Positions 60,721 to 64,000 of a stretch of DNA of 64,000 bases are shown one piece after another. The stretch's first letter is position 1. Each line of letters opens with the position of its first letter. Position numbers and translations under genes: made by a program. The stretch comes from Mobula birostris (lineage: Eukaryota), in contig NC_092373.1 of assembly GCF_030028105.1 (NCBI RefSeq), forward strand, positions 135,724,278-135,788,277, written 5' to 3'. The notes below the pieces were generated by a model. The model did not search any database, had not been told where the DNA came from, and saw nothing but the letters and a program-made list of their open reading frames with translations.

Positions 60721-63105
60721 CCACAGAGTGATGGGAAAGAGTGACAAAGAGCTGTGGTGGTGCTCATCCCCAAAGAGCAGAACTCCAGTTCAGGAGCATT
60801 GCACTGCTGAACGTCGAGGGGAAAATCTTCTCCTCTGTCATGGCTATGAGGATGACCATCTACCTCATGGGCAATGGATACATTGACACCCACTGCCAGA
60901 AAGCAGGCGTTCGAGACTTCCAGGGATGCATGGCGCATGCGTCGTTGATATAGGACCAGATCAAATGAGCCAAGAGTGAGGAAGGTGACCTACATGTTGT
61001 GTGGCTGGATCTTGCGAATGCCCATCGATCTGCGCCTCACCAGCTCATCAACTTTGCAATGGAGTTCTTTTACATTCCCCACTGCATTACAGGTCTGGTT
61101 TCCATTTACTTCAGTGACCTCCAGATGGGCTGCTCTTCTCACGACTTTACTACAGGATGGCAGCAGCTTGAAGTTGGCATGGCAATGGGGTGTTCCATCT
61201 CTCCTACCCTGTCTGTGGCAGTCTTCGAGATCATCCTTATTGGAGCAAGGCTGATGATTGGAGGATAAAGCTGCAGTCAGGACAGAGGCTCCTTCCACTG
61301 AGGAGCTACATGGATGATGTCACAAGCACTCTGCCGCCGGCTGCATGCATAAAAAGGCTGCCGAAGAGGCCGGATGTGCTAGTGACATGGGCAAGAGTGA
61401 AGATAAAGCTCTTCAAGTCACAAAGCCTATCCCTCAGAAAAGGGGTCAGAAGCAACCACGTCACCTTTGCTGTGGGGGGTGGGGGGGGGGTGCAAGGAAA
61501 TCCTATTGTTGGCCAGGCAGCCCATCCAAAGCCTTGGGAGGCAGTACATCACAGAACACTCTGACAGGAAAATGGGAAAAGCAGCACAAAAGAAACAGCT
61601 TGCAGAGTGCCTGGCCAGAACTGACCAGAGCCATCTACTGGGAAAGTATGAAGTGTGACGCTACCAGTTCATACTGTACCAAAGGGTGATGTGGCCCCTG
61701 AAAATGTGTGAAATTCCCTCATCAACACCCAGCAGAATGGATGAGATAGCCATGTCATATATTTGGAAACGGCTAGGGCTGCCTCGTGTTTCTCAGACAC
61801 TGGCCTCTTTGGGAAGAACATTTTGCAGCTCCCACTGAGATCCATCAGCCTGGGGTACAAGCAGAAGAAAAGCCGACTGACCGGTGTGTTGAGGGAGTCC
61901 AGTGACTCACTGGTGAGGAGTGCCAATGCCTCAATCCATACTGGCCATAAGTGGAGAGCTCAAGCTGAAGTAGACCAGGCCATCAGCAGGCTACAGCACC
62001 AAGAGGTTGTCCGCAGAGTCCAGGCTGGACTTGGCTGTAAGAAGGCAACACATTTCTGGTCCAAGGCCTCAAAGAAAGAGAGGAAAGCCATGGTGGTGGA
62101 GGAGCTGACAAAGACAGAGCAGGAGCACAATAGGGTGAAGGGCCGTGGCACAAGGCCTGCAGGGAAGATGGACAACATGGGAGGCCACCATAAACAGCTG
62201 GTCTGACCTGTGGAAGTTCCCACAAGCCAGATTCTGCTTCATCAGGATATTTTGCCCTGCCCCCTAAATCTTCTCCAGTAGTTTGGGGGTAGGTATAGCT
62301 GCCCCCCCCCATGTGATACCACTAATGCCAACCTCTAACACTTTCTGGCAGGATGCAAGACTGCGCTGTCTCAAGGGCTCTACAGGTGGTGGCACAATCA
62401 GGTCCTAAAGAAGCTGACAGAGATCCTGGGGACCTGCAGGCGGGTGCGAGAAGCAGCCTTTCCCTAGAAGGACGCCAACTCATCCCACTTGTTAAGGCTG
62501 GTAACAGCACTGAATGCACCCGCCCAAGAGCTCTTTCAAGCCTCCTCTGAGAGCAGATCTCAACAAACAGCTACAGTTCCTCACGGAAATCACCACCCCA
62601 TCCTTCCACCCAAAGTACTCTGGTCCATGGTTGCCAACAGAGTCCTCCTTATTGAGTTAACCATCCCATGGGAGGCTGCGCAAGAGCAGAAGAAGCTGAA
62701 GTACTCAGACATATGCTCAGGAAGCAGGCTGGAGGACCACCATCTACCCTGTGGAAGTTGGATGACGGGGCTTTGTCAGTGCATCGACAACAAGGTTGCT
62801 CCATGGTATGGCAGTGACTGGAGCGAGCCTCAGGAGGGCCACCAGGGAGTTGCCTGAAGAGGCAGAAATGGGCAGCTTTTGGCTATGGCTAAGGAGGAAG
62901 GACAGAAATTGGGAGACCGACAAACCACACTGCAGCTGCAGGGGGTGGCTGCTCTGCAACCAGGAGATGTGCCAGGGCTAAGCAAGTGAAACATCAGAGA
63001 GCCGTGGTCCCTGGTTGACAACCCTGCAGCTGGCCCAAGGGCACCGTTGGAGGTGCGGCAGGCAGCAATGCCAAGCAGGAAACATCTTGCTGTAAATCTC
63101 ATTAA
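60721..63105 (+). mobile_element. 5'-truncated HERO-type (R2-superfamily, RLE-encoding) non-LTR retrotransposon
   Basis: RSIALLNVEGKIF...WLDLANAH...GCSISP...SYMDDVT (61307-61318); CCHC-like region near 62310-62410; RLE-type VLW...LLIELTIPWE...KKLKYS and YPVEVG motifs. Confidence 0.82.
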
Positions 63106-63894
63106 TCGGGTTGAAACTGGATTGCTAAATATATGATTTAAATATGTTCTTCAAGACAGAATCGGGTTTATTATCACTGTCTTACATGACCTGAAATGTG
63201 CTGTTTTGTGGCAGCAGTACAGTCAAAGAAATAAAATTGCTATAAATTATGGAATAAATATAGTGCAAACAAAAAAGGAATAATGAGGTATTGTTCACAG
63301 AAATCTGAAGGCAGAGGGGAGGACACTCATTCTCAGACCATTACTGTGTAGATTTTGGAGAGCTGGCATGTCTCCTGGCAACCTTCTGATTCATCCGTTT
63401 AATCAGCATAACGGTCAGTCCAACCGCGCGATCTTAGTTACAGAAAACAGTGAGTCACTATTTACAATCATGCTTCAGCTAGACCACCAGCCACCCTGTT
63501 CCTTTCCCGCAGATGCACACACCTACCACTAGCCACTCTGCAGTACCAAATCAGTCCCCAGGATCCAAAGGCCCAATACCGTCCACAACACCATTTTTAA
63601 ATGGATTAAATGTCTCTGATAACAGTTCAGATTTAAGTAAAAAAACCAAAAAACCCACTGGCAATAATAAAAATGTCACTTAAAACATCTTAAAAAGTCT
63701 AGGAGTAAATTGCCATCATTGCAATGAGGCAAAATGTAATAAACAGATCACTTATTGCACCCAGATTTTAACTCACAGTCAGAAATCCTATTGAGCTGAA
63801 TGGGGTTGTCCAGCTTAAGTGAGGCTTAGCTGCTGTTAGAGACAAATTGCACCTGACTCCCTGCTTGCACACCAGCTCCCAGTGGCAGAGTGAG

Positions 63895-64000
63895 ATAGAC
63901 AATAGACAATAGGTGCAGGAGTAGGCCACTCAGCCCTTCGAGCCAGCACCACCATTCACTGTGATCATGGCTGATCATCCACAATCAGTACCCTGTTCCT
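63895..64000 (-). mobile_element. CR1 3' end, truncated by the window end
   Basis: ATAGACAATAGACAATAGGTGCAGGAGTAGGCCA..., similar to the tail at 23149. Confidence 0.8.

Overview
Vertebrate nuclear DNA, very probably a cartilaginous fish (shark/ray-type CR1 LINEs and an HE1-like V-SINE; a ray is a guess). By eye, roughly two-thirds to three-quarters is nested, mostly dead retroelement sequence: CR1, RTE, Rex1/Babar, HERO-type RLE, two Ty3/Gypsy lineages, Penelope remnants, tRNA-SINEs and a Tc1 fragment. Nearly all ORFs in the supplied track are pieces or antisense shadows of these. Two spliced host genes, missed by the ORF track, lie on the + strand. (1) A 97-aa ELR-negative CXC chemokine: exons 17469-17532, 18837-18969, 19200-19296. 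(2) 27.5 kb downstream, the immunoglobulin J chain gene JCHAIN, 175 aa: exons 46788-46851, 49819-49945, 50841-50921, 57666-57921. The two share a 64-nt phase-1 signal exon, a phase-2 exon 2 with K-C-x-C at almost the same offset, and an identical Ile AT|GTAAG junction. This is the architecture behind the published proposal that J chain is a co-opted CXCL chemokine, so the linkage itself is not new. This J chain keeps all 8 Cys but is net basic, has a shortened Cys72-Cys92 loop and a poly-Pro stretch, and carries a 30-aa Pro/Thr-rich C-terminal tail. Secondary oddities: Penelope-type minimal hammerhead ribozyme remnants, a 94-bp x6 dimeric array inside a chromovirus gag, a bipartite RTE non-autonomous element, tRNA-SINEs sharing a head but with different tails, and a templated 58-bp insertion. 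Exon and TSD coordinates were counted base by base; other TE boundaries are approximate (about +/-20-50 bp). Nothing was database-searched, and reference sequences and literature are recalled from memory.
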